Shown in pieces: positions 12,701 through 24,869 of a DNA stretch of 64,000 nt. Every line of letters begins with the position of its first letter. Positions within the stretch are counted from its first letter, which is position 1. This stretch comes from Takakia lepidozioides. Lineage: Eukaryota; Plantae; Bryophyta. Below the pieces are notes generated by a model. The model was given only the letters and a program-made list of their open reading frames with translations. It was not told where the DNA came from and did not search any database. The stretch lies in contig CM060732.1 in the NCBI GenBank assembly GCA_030704615.1, forward strand, positions 73,842,001 through 73,906,000. The letters are read 5' to 3'. A program made the translations under genes and the position numbers.

Positions 12701-15700
12701 CATATGCTTTTGGCTGTATGTCATACCAAACCAGTATCAGATCCACCCCTTGAGACTTGAACCCAAACCAACAGCAACCAGTCTGGGACCTTATGTGACA
12801 AAAATGCAAAACTACACCAAAGAATTTGCACCAGAAGATATGCATTTCAAAACAAATAACACTTAAGTTACATACCTTCTGAAGCGCCTGGTGGGGCTCC
12901 CTGACCTACAAATAAGACAACGGACATTCAAGCTTGTGAAAGTTAGTGAATGCAACTATTGGATTACAGAATCAACAGAAGATGGAGAGTCCATGCTTAA
13001 GTAACATGAACAGAACGTTGTGGCACCACGAGTGGCAGTTTTTATAACTGCAGCAACAGCATCAACGCTCATCCCATAGCTGCCCTCCTCCAATTGTAGG
13101 CATTGATGTTTGTTGTTCCCTGCTCCATCCATCTCTGAGTGGGGAACCCTGCGAGTTGCCACTATAACAGCTTCAGCACTCATGCCACCGGTTCTCAAAA
13201 CTTCCCCATTTTCAGTAGGAAGAGTCACAGCCTTTAGCACACCATACTGATCATCCGTCATGCCTCTTAACTCTACTTCATCTCTTTCTCTTTCTGTGAT
13301 GTAGCCAGGGCCCATCTCCAAGGAGGGTTCTGTTGAAAGAAGTGAATTGGTTTCAGATCCATTGTTGCTCGCTGGTCGTGAGGAAGGCCCAGTCTCATCT
13401 GCTAGTAAGGGAGTTTCTGAACTGACAAGTCCACCGGACGCCTGCCCTGATTCTTGTTGCAACCCACACTATTTTGACTCTTTAGCCTACCACATTACTA
13501 CCAATACAAACTCTCAGTCCTCTGAAGATCTTGAAGAACACCAAAATAAACTTGAGACATAACCATGACATTAACTTGGAAATTCCACTAGCATCTATTA
13601 CTACAAAAATCTAAGGTATAAGATTTCTCGAAGTACAATAGCCATATCAAGCGCCAACTGACTGCTCATTGCTCAGAGGCCAAAACACAGTTCAAGGTTT
13701 AGTTATAAGCTGCTCAGTATTGAAGTTGGAGTCAATTTAGTATCTTCATCTCTACCTATTTTTGCTCTCTTGGTATTAGTTATTGTACCTTCGCTAGCAC
13801 CCGAAGAAAGAATTTTCCAACTTGTGGCTTGTTAACCAAATAGCTGCACATTCACCACAACATGCACCTATATAGGACTGGTGGTGATATAAATCTGCAC
13901 AAAGACTGTCCATACATGCTTACAAATGAGATTTCAGTACACACACTTTTGATGGTGGGTGCTAAAGACAACTATGTCACCAAGCTGACTTGACCAGGCC
14001 ATCGTACTTCATCTCGGTACCCAACCATCCTCATTACTCACTACAACAGATCGCGCTATTTATGACTGTATATATGACTGTATATATGACTATTCTACAG
14101 TCATAAATGGTACATATGACTTCTATGACTGTAAGTCGTGCAAACCAAGTGAATACAATGAGTACAGGATGGTACGGTCCGGATGACTACAGTCAGATGA
14201 ACCAAATGATATCTCTCACTGCAGTCATATATTCCATACTGCAGTCGCCGCTGCCGCGCCACGTGCCGAGGCGCAATTGATTAAAAAAATTAAATTAAAT
14301 TAAAAAACTAGAAAAATTAAAAACAGATGTCAGTCGTCGCGTCGCACCGCATTGTGCCACGTGGTAGCCCATCTAGGGTACCACGTGTTATCTATAGCTT
14401 GTATATTAACCCTAGGGCCATCTTATCCATTTGATTGTACTTAGAGGAGTTTGAACCTACAACCTCTTTACTATAAGAGTTATAGTTCACTCCTTGCTAA
14501 CCAATACACCCATTAATCATTCATGTGATCATTTGGTGTTTTAATTGTATTATACACACCAAATTACAAAATCCCCAGTAGTCATCATGACTATGTAACC
14601 TCATCCATGTACACTGTAGTCATGGAAATGACTATGAATGGTGAACTAAATCTGGTCAATTGCCGTTAACCAATCTTCCGCCCATTCCGGAGCCATGTAG
14701 TCATACAGACAACTACTTAGATAGACGACTACTTAGTTCATATGACTACAGTCGTATGAATGACTGCAGTCGTATGAATGACTGCGAGAGGTCAATTTCA
14801 TATAAAAACATGGTGCAGTCATGGTCAAAGTCAAGAAAACCATGACTACCACGGTTTGGCAGTCATAACTACCGTGATCTGTTGTAGTGACTATTGTGTA
14901 AGCAACAAGGCAGAAAAACCTCACTTATAGAACCAGACATACTGGTGAGGGTTCAGCTCAGATAGTTGGGTCATCATTGTCTTCTCAGTTTTGATTGTGA
15001 AATAGTCCAGCAAATGCTACACGAACGAGCCAATACCACACTCAGTCAACACCATCCTCTGGAAACCTTCATATATAACACTGAAAATAGTGCTTTATAG
15101 GCTCTCTTGCATGCTCATTGAATTAAAAATCACAATGCTCAGTCTTACTGACCTATATTTAAACTGCACAATCACATGTACTGGCACCAAGCTTAGGAAG
15201 TAGATCCGGAAACTAAAATGTTCAACTGAATCAAAGGTCATCTCTAGACCTCATGCACGATTTTGGGCAACATGAGCTTGACAATGAAAATTCCCTTTGG
15301 ACCCATTCATGCTCTGGCACAGCACAACTTCTGCTCTACATTGCACATCAAGCGATAAGCCTTTAAGGCTTAAAAACCTCAAACAACCCTTAGAAACGAG
15401 GCCAATGAGAAGAGAGATTAGCGCAAACAACCTTCTCCACATCGTCAAAAATCTCCTCATATTGTCCTCCAAGTTCATCCACAACCAACGGTGCATGATG
15501 GCCACTCGAACAGGCAGGAACCATGTGCACCAACACACATGCACTGGTGCGGCAGTCTTGCCATGCCTGCGTCGGCGTACTTTGCAGCTGAAGCCGCCCT
15601 CGTCTTCTTCGTTGTCCCACATACTGCTGAGGTACATATACCTTCGCGGCAGCCACTCCGCAAGCACTGGATGATGGTGCGGTCTCAGAGCTCCCACTTG

Positions 15701-18700
15701 TGCCACAACTGCAAGCCCTTCCTGAAATAGGTCGAAGAAGAAGGTGCCCTCACTATATTGTCATCGACCTTGTGTCATGACCCATGGAGGATTTGACTGA
15801 ACCCAAGAAGACCTCTTATGTGTGCTGCTTGTGTCTGTAGTCAGGTAATGTCGGATTGGTATGTGAGAACCACCACGGTGCAGCTGAGCGGGCAGAGATT
15901 GAAACACGGCCTGCTCCAACCACCACAGATCCACACAATGAGCCAGCTTACGAATTCAATACGCAAATTCAAGGCCGAGTCTGATGAGAGGGCAAAACAG
16001 GCTGAAATAGGTCGAAGAAGAGGGTGCCCTCACCACATTGTCCTCGACCTTGTGTCGTGACCCATGGAGGATTTGATTGACCATGAACCCAAGATGACCT
16101 CTTGTGTGTGGTGCTTGTGTCTGTAGTCAAGTAATGTCGGATTGGTCTGTGAGAACCACCACGGTGCTTACCGGGCAGAGACTGAAACATGGCCTGCTAA
16201 GACCAAGCTGACTCTCCCAAGAACCTTGTAAACATCGGGAAGAATACCAAATCACGGTACTCTGCTCCGTGCTCCAAGGTAGAGGTTTGTGCTCGAAAAT
16301 TCGACAACATCAACATTTTGACAAGGTCCTTTACTGAGGGGTGCCAGTGAGCTTTGAACAACATTCATGCAAGTTGTTTTGGGTTCCATTGGGCTCTACA
16401 CGATGAGGAACAACGAACATGCCCAGACTTACACAGATGCTACAAGTATGAGACCTATAGTACCCGCTTCACCAAAAGATGCCAAAGCCCTGCAATGTGC
16501 CCACGATTTATCCAACAATACTGTGAGCAACCTTGGCTAGGGCTGCCCTGATGGCTTCACCCCTTCCTGTATCATCATCTGATCGAAGATCTCTAAAGCC
16601 CTCCTTATGACACCCATGTTGAGCATATCCTACAACCGATACACTCCACGAACCATTTTGTCAAACACTTGATGGGCATCCTCCTCCCGTTCCAAACATC
16701 ACCGAAAGCAGAAGTTGGCAGCCCTTTCAAAGCCTACCCACTGCACTTCAACAAGAACAAGAACAACAATTAGTCACTCCTCACAAATCCTCTAAGTGAT
16801 TGTGAACTAAAAAGCAAGAACCCTAAAATTTGATCTTGAATACTTTATATTTCAACTAAATAATATTACTATTATTTTGGAAATTGCTGCCGTGGAAAGA
16901 GAATAGAGAATTAAACCGCTCCGGAGCAGCCACGTGTCTTTTCCAAGGTCCTTTACTGAGGGGTGCTAGTGAGCTTCAGTAAGCAGTATGTCACCATAGG
17001 ATCCATTGGCCTGCCGCTATGACCTCCACATTTTGCCTTTCTTCTTGACTAACCAGAGCATCCCCTCTATCGCTACCCTGGTAGGCTCTCGGAGTGGGAA
17101 GAAGGGTGGGGGGCGGTCTTCAAAAGTACCGAATGAAATAGATGGATGAAATCATCCAAATCCTTGTATGTAATAAAATCATCCAATTGATGAATGAAAA
17201 TAATCAAATTTTCATTCATGTAATGAAATCATCCATCAATGGATTTTCATAAAAGTCATGCAAATGACCTTATCTTGGTCAAAGGGAGTTGACTACACCA
17301 ATCTAAAAATTTAGAGTCATCTGCATTGTTATTTAGAGTCATGTTCGTGACCCATGATCACGACTCTAGTCCAGTCAAACGACGTTGACCGGGATAGAGG
17401 CATATACACGACCCTTTTTGGTCATTTTCGGTCATACCCACGACATTTTTGAACCTTAAAGACATTGAGTCATGGTTTGAGTCATGAAAACCATGACTTT
17501 CAAAAAAAAAAAAAAAAAAAACATGATTTGGCGTAGTGAGAAGAAAACAATGGCTTGAAGTTGATTTTCTGCTATCAACGTCTCCTGCCCAGTCAGCATC
17601 AGCAAACCCCAACAAGCTTGGATCTTCCACTCTCTTGTAGAGTAGACCAGAGGTTGATGTTCCTCTTAGATATCGAAATATCCTCTTCACTGCTTTCCAA
17701 TGGGTTTGTTCGAGATCTGAAAGAAATTGTGAGACGACTCCCACTGAATGTGCAATGTCTGGCCTAGTACAAACCATTCAATACATCAAACTGCCAACTG
17801 CGCTTTGATAAGGAGTTTTCCTCATATCCTCCTGCTCTTCTTGAGTCTTAGGTGCCATGTCCTTTGTAAGTTCAAACCAACTTCGAGAGGAGTTGATGTT
17901 GGCTTACTCATCTCCAACTTAAACCTTTGTAGAATGGTCTCAATGTATTGTCGTTGATGCATGAATACTGTATGGTTCACTCGATCTCTGCTGATTTGAA
18001 TACCAGGACAGAACCGAATCTCACCCATGCCAGTCATGGCAAACTCAGCACTCAACAGTGCTTTGGTTTCTGGCAACAACCTTTGACGATCGTTGGTGAC
18101 AATGATTGTGTCATCCACATATAAAGCTATGACCACAAATTACTCTCCCATCTTTTTCACATAGATATTTGTGTCAGCAATGCTTCGCTCAAATCTTGTC
18201 TTTAAGAGATAAACATCGATTTTAGCATACTAAGCTCGAGGACTTTGTTTCAGTCCATACAAACTCTTTTGCAACTTATACACAATATCACTTCCTCTTT
18301 GTACAAACCCTTCAGGTTGTCTCATGTAGATCTCTTCTTGTAGTTCTCCATTCAAAAATGTCGTCTTAACATCCATTTGATGAACTTCGTGATCATGTTG
18401 AGCTGCAAGAGCTAACAACAATCTGATAGAGGAAATCTTCACCACTGGTGAGAAGATTTCATTATAATCTACTCCTTGAACTTGTGCAAAGCCTTTAGCT
18501 ACAAGACGAGCTTTGTACCAGTAAATAGATCCATCAGCTTTGTACTTCAACTTGAAGATCCACTTGCAACCAATGGCTCTTCGTCCTATAGGCAACCTAG
18601 TGAGTGTCCATGCTTTGTTTTGCATTAATGAATCCAACTCTGAGTTGATTGCTTCTTCCCACTGTAGTTTGTCTAAAGAGCGCATCGCTTCCTCATATAT

Positions 18701-20900
18701 AGCAGCTACACCATTCTGCTCAGGTGTATATGGAACAGTAAGCTGTCGAGCTATTCCATTCTCTTGACAAAACTGATTGAAAGCCTTTGAGATGTACTCA
18801 CCACCATTGTCAGATCTCAGAGACTTTCCAGTTTGTTTTTCTGCAAGTGATTTGAACTCTTTGAATTTCTCTAACACTTGACTTTTCTGCCTCAGGAAAT
18901 TCGTCACAACCCTCCTTGACAAATCATCAATGAATGTCACAAAGTACCTTGCTCCTCCAAGTGATGTGGTTTGCATTGGCCCGCACACATCAGAATGTAC
19001 AATCTCCAATATACTTGTAGCTCTTTGTCCACCATCCTTAGGAAATTGACCTCGATGGTGCTTCCCTTCCAAGCAACCTTTGCGTAGACGCATATCGCTC
19101 ATCTTCTTCAATGGTAGTCCTTCCACAAGATGGCTTGAGAGTTGCATCTGTCTCAATTTCTTAATGCTCACATGACCTAACATTTTATGCCACAACTTTG
19201 TTTATAACATGACATGTGTAGATCCCAACTGTGGTGAAAATGTGGTACGAGCACTAGAGACATGATGTTGTAATCTATACAAGCAATTATCAAGAATAGC
19301 TTTTGCTACCACAGCTCTTGAGCTATCTGTGATAGTACAACTCTCATCTAGGAATACCACTTTGTATCCTTTTGCAACAATTTGTCTTACAGACAGCAGG
19401 TTTTTTGTTAAAGTAGGGACATGTATGGCATTTTTCAACTCTATGGTTTCCCCTTCATTGAACATAAGAGAGAATGAGCCTTCCCCACTAATGGCATGTT
19501 TGTTATCATCTCCCAAAAGAACATATTGTAAACATAGGTGAAAGAGATCTATAGGATAAGAAATGCTCTCTCTTTCTGAACTCATTTGTTGAGATGAACC
19601 TGAATCAGCATACCACACATGCTTCTGTCTAGTAGTGGCTAAGAGAGAAACAACAAATAGAATAGCGTTCTTCTGATGAGTAGCTATGTTCCCTTGACCC
19701 TCTCTGTTGCGCTCATCTACAATGCGCTTTCTACAATCCTTGATCATGTGACCAAGTTTCTTGCAATAAAATCACCTTATTTTGGCCTTTTTGATCTTTG
19801 AGCTAGATTGAGGTTTCTGAAACCTATGGGACTTCTGAGACACATGTGAAGGGAGTCTTCTATTCAAGACTACTCCAGTCTTGCCTGTGAACAAAGCTTT
19901 GTCTACCTCTGTAGACGTACCTTGACCTTTTCTTTTTGTTTCTTCCTTGAGGAAAAATCCTATGACAACATCAATAGTTAAGTTGGTTTGTCCTGCTAGA
20001 GACACCACAAAACCATCATAGGATTCAAGTAAGGTTGCCAAACACACCACTGCTACGTGTTCATCAGTCACATTAGTTCTCACATAGACTAGTTGATCTC
20101 GCAACATATAAAACAAATTCAAGTGTTGTTCAACTGAGTCTGACTCGGTTATCTTCAGATCATAGAACTTTTGCGTCGCATATACCTACGATGTGACATC
20201 TTTCGTCTCATATATGCTTGCTAGCTTGTCCCAAACATCCTTCGCATTCACGTATAATGAGATGCAACTGATTGTCTCTCAAGCTTGTGATGATGCTAGC
20301 TCTTGCTTTCTGATCTTTCCTATCCCATATGGCTTGGCCAACAATAGTGTCAGGTCTTGGGACTGATCCATCAACCACTCCCCATAGATCTTTGTCTAGA
20401 AGGACCATCTCCATCCTAAACTTCCAGGTTTGATAGTTAGCTCCATTGAATCGATCTTCCACTCTCACATCTAATGCACTCGTCATAGACATAGAAGGAG
20501 GATTGCTAGAAGACGACGCTCCAGCCATGATCAAGTTCTCTACCAATTCTCACCTAGAGAAGAATGGCTCTGATACCATGCTAGAATTGAGCAAGAACAT
20601 GAACAAGAACTAAAGTCTTAGACTAAAGCTAAAACTAAAGCTCTCCTCCCAACCATAGAAACCAACTCTTACACTTAGTGGCTTTACCCCCGAGCTTGTA
20701 CAAGAAGGTCTTTAGAAAGTCCTACTTGGTCACTTCCACTTCCATTATGGTGACCATCCACCTTCTAGCCATTCACCTGCCAATGGTGAGTTAAACAAGT
20801 TAGTCTCTTAGACTTCTAACCCTTTGGCCTTCAAGACTCTTAGTCTTCTAGATATGTTTAATTACTTCCAACATTTGTAAATCCTAATGCTCACAAGTAA
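9784..20900 (+). CDS. Mitochondrial ATP synthase 6 kDa subunit-like gene; exon 1 9784-9913; exon 2 split by a copia element (10042-10069 + 20879-20900); current ORF ends at LTR-derived TAG 10086-10088
   Basis: Rejoined ORF MAPTSVGRPALVVAFSEVRRNWPFVVGFGVTVTLVLKLTTSLDPADAQKSTFVNPNAHK* (59 aa) matches the plant family pattern RNWPF.VGF..T....KL...L...DA..S.FV. GT-AG intron 9914-10041. Confidence 0.78.
10070..10376 (-). repeat. 3' LTR of copia element
   Basis: Direct repeat of 20579-20873 with about 12 substitutions and 2 indels by manual comparison. Confidence 0.95.
10398..10805 (-). pseudogene. Copia RNase H remnant
   Basis: SWSSKRQ..ALSSTKAEY...YCDNQS...HSRTKHIEVQYHY...MVADVLTK. Confidence 0.93.
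13789..15700 (-). pseudogene. RbcX: Captured RbcX (Rubisco assembly chaperone, RbcX2-like) fragment; exons about 15700-15432, 15016-14925, 13843-13789
   Basis: Spliced translation LVVDELGGQYEEIFDDVEK|HLLDYFTIKTEKTMMTQLSELNPHQYVWFYN|YLVNKPQVGKFFLRVLAK with GT-AG introns. Later exons not found. Confidence 0.82.
14039..14889. mobile_element. Non-autonomous CACTA element inside an RbcX intron
   Basis: TIR CACTACAACAGATC at both ends; TSD ACT (14036-38 and 14890-92); ATGACT/AGTCAT subterminal repeats. Confidence 0.93.
15722..16198. repeat. Direct duplication of about 195 bp
   Basis: CTGAAATAGGTCGAAGAAG...GAAACA(C/T)GGCCTGCT present at about 15722-15915 and 16002-16198. Confidence 0.85.
17539..20546 (-). 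pseudogene. Copia gag-pol remnant (gag, protease, integrase, RT)
   Basis: FNGANYQTWKFRM gag; WYADSGSSQQM protease; VHSDVCGPM/LRSDNGGEY integrase; YKARLVAKGF, HQMDVKT and LYVDD RT motifs. Confidence 0.95.
20579..20873 (-). repeat. 5' LTR of copia element
   Basis: Adjacent to the iMet PBS; direct repeat of 10070-10376. Confidence 0.95.
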
Positions 20901-22064
20901 CGGCCAATGCTCACATAGAGTCGGAGCGTTTTCTAATTGATGTGTTTTCTGTAGGTTTCTCTGGCCATACCTAGTTGTGATATTGAGTTGGAACGTGTTA
21001 TACACAAGCTAGAGGATGAATCCACGCATCAATATTGTGTCTAAGCTACCTTTATGATTGTTCACATTCATCAAATGTTGCAAGTCTGAAGTGTAAAGCT
21101 CATTGCAAATGTAGCTTTGCGAGTTAGCTGTCTGGACAATCAGTCCTCTGTCCTCTTGGGCAATACTGTAAATCAGTTGGGACGTTAATCCCCTATGGGA
21201 TTCAATATTATTAAGTACTCAAAGTAATTAAGAGTAATCTATCATCAATTGCCACTCGTAATTTGAGCCGGATTCAAAGCTCGATGTTGTACTGATCATG
21301 CACAAGATGAGAAATCCTCTTGTGCAGTCCAAACTTGGTTTGGATTGATTTGCTTCAAATGCTTCAAAATCCCAACACTTCTCTTCGGCCTAGCAGCAAG
21401 AAGATCTGCAAAGGCAGAATCGGGACAACGGGCCTACACTTTTGCTTGGTCCAGACGATAAACTAGCCCCTGCCTCTTTCTGTGGAGGCCTCTTTAATTG
21501 TGTTTGCAATTTGGTCCTCGGAGCTTCTTGCTTTGACCTCACAGTTACTGTGACTTGAGACTCCCAGCTTGCACGGCCTGCTCCCGATGATGGATCCATT
21601 AGGCTTTGCCCTTCTCTATTCACGGGCCTTCTCAATCACTTGTTTTATGCTCGAACGAGTTGTCATATGTAATTTTGGTTTTTTAATCGGAGTTGCTTGA
21701 AATTTCTTATTGCTAGTTCTTTTGCTTGGTGATCCTGTACCACCCCACACCTCTGAATCTCTTTGGTTAAATATTTTGTGCTTTTAGCATTCATAAAATC
21801 TTTGCTCACTTGGGGCACGGGGAATAGACTTCCAGACAAACCGTTTGCGTATAAACTTGAGTATCGTCAGAGTACTTACTTACAAATCCATGCTTAGATC
21901 CAACAATAGCACCGGGCACCAATCTGTTTGACAAGGAGCTCGCAATCAGGCCAGTTCCTGCCGGTTTAGCAGGGTTTCGTTTTGTGCCATTTTGGTGATG
22001 CTTGAAAGCTCTTGGGCTGAACCTGCGATTGCAATGCTCGCACTGTTGAAGAGAAGCCTGAAAC

Positions 22065-23926
22065 TGTTAGAATTAGGATGGATGAACTTTTGGGTTCAAC
22101 TCATCATCCGTTAGATATTCTAAATACCTAGAATAGATGCGGCTTGGAATAGCTATTGGATATTCTAGATATTTAGAATAGATACGGCTTAGAATAGCTA
22201 TTAGGTAAGCCTTGAGGGAATAGACATCTCTCAGTGGGAGACATCTAGTAGGTATATATATTGGGCTCAAGGGAGAGGCAAACAGTCTTTGTGTCTCTTT
22301 GTGTAGACCTCTATGGTTGGGAGGAGAGCTCCTTTGTAATAGAGTCATGTATTGTTTCATCCCTGCATCTTCAGAAGTATGTGTGTGTTTTCTTGACATG
22401 GTATCAGAGCAGGTTTCTCTGTAGAATTCTTTACAGGATTGAGAGATCTAGTTTCATTCATATTTCTAGAAGTGGGATTGATTAGCAAAAGAGAAAGTAC
22501 TTGCTAGAGCAAAGATCTGTGTTGTGTAGTTGATTCCTTGGTGGTGGTGTGAAATCCTTATTTTTGTACACCTGTATCCATATCTCTTTGAGTTTGAGAG
22601 AAACAGGACATCACTATACTTGATTAGCTTGGTCTGCTTAGTTCGATGGTATTGCAAAGTTCGATGGAAACAAGTTTCATATCTGGAAGGACAAGATGCA
22701 AATGGTTCTTGTTAGAGAGGGCATATGGAAGGTTGTGTCTGGCAAACATAGCAAACCTTCAGAGACTGATGTTGATGCATTAGATCAATGGGAGGATCTT
22801 GATCAGAGAGCTCTTGCAACTATTTCTTTGCATGTGAGTGATTCTTTGTTTGGGCAAGTGAGTAAGCATGATACATCTTATGAAGCTTGGGAATTCCTAG
22901 TGAGGATGTTTGAGCCCAAGAATGGAAATGTGCTGTTGCAATTGCGACAACAATTTTTCACTCTTAAGATGAGTGAGGGAGATTCCATTGCTTCTCACAT
23001 CGCCAAGATGCAAAGTTTACTGGATCAGATTGCAGCGATAGGGTCAGAGATTTCAGAGTTAGACACATGCATGACATTGATGGAGTTTGACTCCAATATT
23101 TGAGTTTGTTGTGGTATCTCTTGGAACTCGTCATATTACTGATTTGTCCATGGAGTTAGTTGTTGGAGTGCTCCTCCAGGAGGAATTGCGTCAGAAGGGT
23201 CTTATTGCTGCTACTTTGTCAGATGTTGCGCTCAACACAGGGCACAAGTGCAAGCACTCTGTCTCTACCTTTGGTACATCCACCCAGGAGAAGGGGAAGA
23301 AGAAGAAGTGGGAGTGTTTATATTATGGGAAACCGAATCACCATGAAAATGAATATCGAAAGAAAGAAGCTGATAGGAAGGATGGCAAACTTAAGAGATC
23401 TACACCTGAAGCCAATCACGTGGAGGATGCTGGTGACAACAGAGGGTTGTTTGTGACTGCCTTATCCGTAGTTCCGAATGACGATATTTGGTACATCGAC
23501 TCCGGTGTTTCTCAGCACATGATATCGCACAGAGAATGGTTTTCTCCTACGAAGACCTTCCAGGTGACAGAAAGGTGTATCTTGGTGATGACAGTGCTCT
23601 TCAGATCAAGGGTAAGGGTACTATTCCCTTCAAGCTACCGAGTGGAGACTGCAAGAGCATCAAGGAGGTTCTACATGTTGAGGGACTCCAGAAGAATCTA
23701 CTGTCAGTTAGCAAGATGGAGGATCAAGGTTATCAGGTAACTTTCGGATCCGGGAGCTGTTTGATGGAGGCTCATGATGGCAATGTGGTTGTGGTGGGCG
23801 TTCAGACAGGACGACTCTACAAGTTGTCAGGATCTCCACGGAGAACAGTTCATGCAAACGTGTCACGATGCGTGGACACTAGTGGTGGCGCTATGGGGAA
23901 GGCTGATTTGTGGCATCAGCATCTCG
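22065..23926 (+). mobile_element. Truncated Ty1/copia element (5' LTR 22065-22398, PBS, gag, protease)
   Basis: TG...CA LTR, TGGTATCAGAGC at 22399, gag, WYIDSGVSQHM protease, ADLWHQ GAG-pre-integrase start; cut by a CACTA terminus. Confidence 0.92.
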
Positions 23927-24800
23927 CACTACAATAGATTCCGGCTTTAACGTCTGCCACATTTGCCCAGTCGTAGCATATATGTCTACAAAATGCAAGG
24001 GGGCAGTACTGGTTGCCATTTGTGACCAGCAGAAGTCGTATATGTCACCTTGTACCTCCGCCACGTCAGGATCTACGGTCAAACACGTTTGACCAGATAG
24101 GGGAAGATGGCAGATACGACTAGGAGTCATGGCCAAAACTGCAACAGGATGACGTGGGCATGGGAATGTATGACTGCCAGTATTCACAACTACACGTGGC
24201 GATTGCCGGTTGCCCAAGGAGTGTCTACGTAGACGATGCAAACATAAATGGATGAAACATATGCAGGATGTGATTGCAAATGACGATGTGTCAACATATC
24301 ATTGCTCGCGGGCACTAAGATACACCCTGTGAATGAATGAATGGATGAATGAATGATTAGGATGAATTAAGATGAGTGACAGTGGCACTGACAGTGTTCG
24401 GGATTGCCGTATACCAAGGGCTCCATTCTTCCATCATCTTCATTCATTATCCACTCCCCTGGGACCTAGCGATGCAAGCAACAAAAAACAGTCACCTATA
24501 AATGAACGTGTTGTGAATGTAGAGTGCAATGCGATAGCCCAACATTTTTACACCTGTCAGCAACCCAAGTGGGTCGATGTGGGTTGTAGTGTTGAGCTTA
24601 TACACAATCTGCTGAAGTGGCTTTGGTGGAAGCCACAACGGCAAATGGTGCGCACCCTCCTCTTGGGCTACACTATCGTTCAATGGAAGAGAACATCCAA
24701 AGCAACCTCAAGTGTTTGTGCCAAAAGAAGTGAGGAGCTTGATGACCCTTCTCCCTTATATATGATCCAAGAGAGATGAAAGTGAAATGAAAGTGAAATG
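23927..24800 (+). mobile_element. CACTA element left end (matching right end not found)
   Basis: CACTACAATAGAT terminus, similar to the 14039 TIR, exactly at the copia breakpoint. Confidence 0.6.
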
Positions 24801-24869
24801 AATAAATGACGAACCAATAGCGTCCACCCGAAAAAGGCTGTACAACCATATTTGTTGTAATTTTGAAAT

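Larger units (their letters stand above)
10806..17538. mobile_element. Pack-CACTA-like element carrying captured host gene fragments, nested in the copia RT/RNaseH junction
   Basis: Right end reads CACTACGCC on the minus strand, left end (T)ACTAGTAC; dense CATGAC/GTCATG subterminal repeats at both ends; splits the copia CFLL|GGVVSW frame; no transposase. TIRs are imperfect and no TSD is recoverable. Confidence 0.7.
10070..20873 (-). mobile_element. Ty1/copia LTR retrotransposon with both LTRs, decayed and internally deleted, containing a nested CACTA
   Basis: LTRs 10070-10376 and 20579-20873 (TG...CA); TSD TTTGT (10065-69 and 20874-78); iMet PBS TGGTATCAGAGC (20567-78); PPT next to 10377; gag, protease, GAG-pre-integrase, integrase, RT and RNaseH ORF fragments. 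Confidence 0.97.

Noticed and set aside
12956-13030. RING-variant domain start (FCSCYLSM)
   Set aside because: Too few ligand residues before the stop to support the call.
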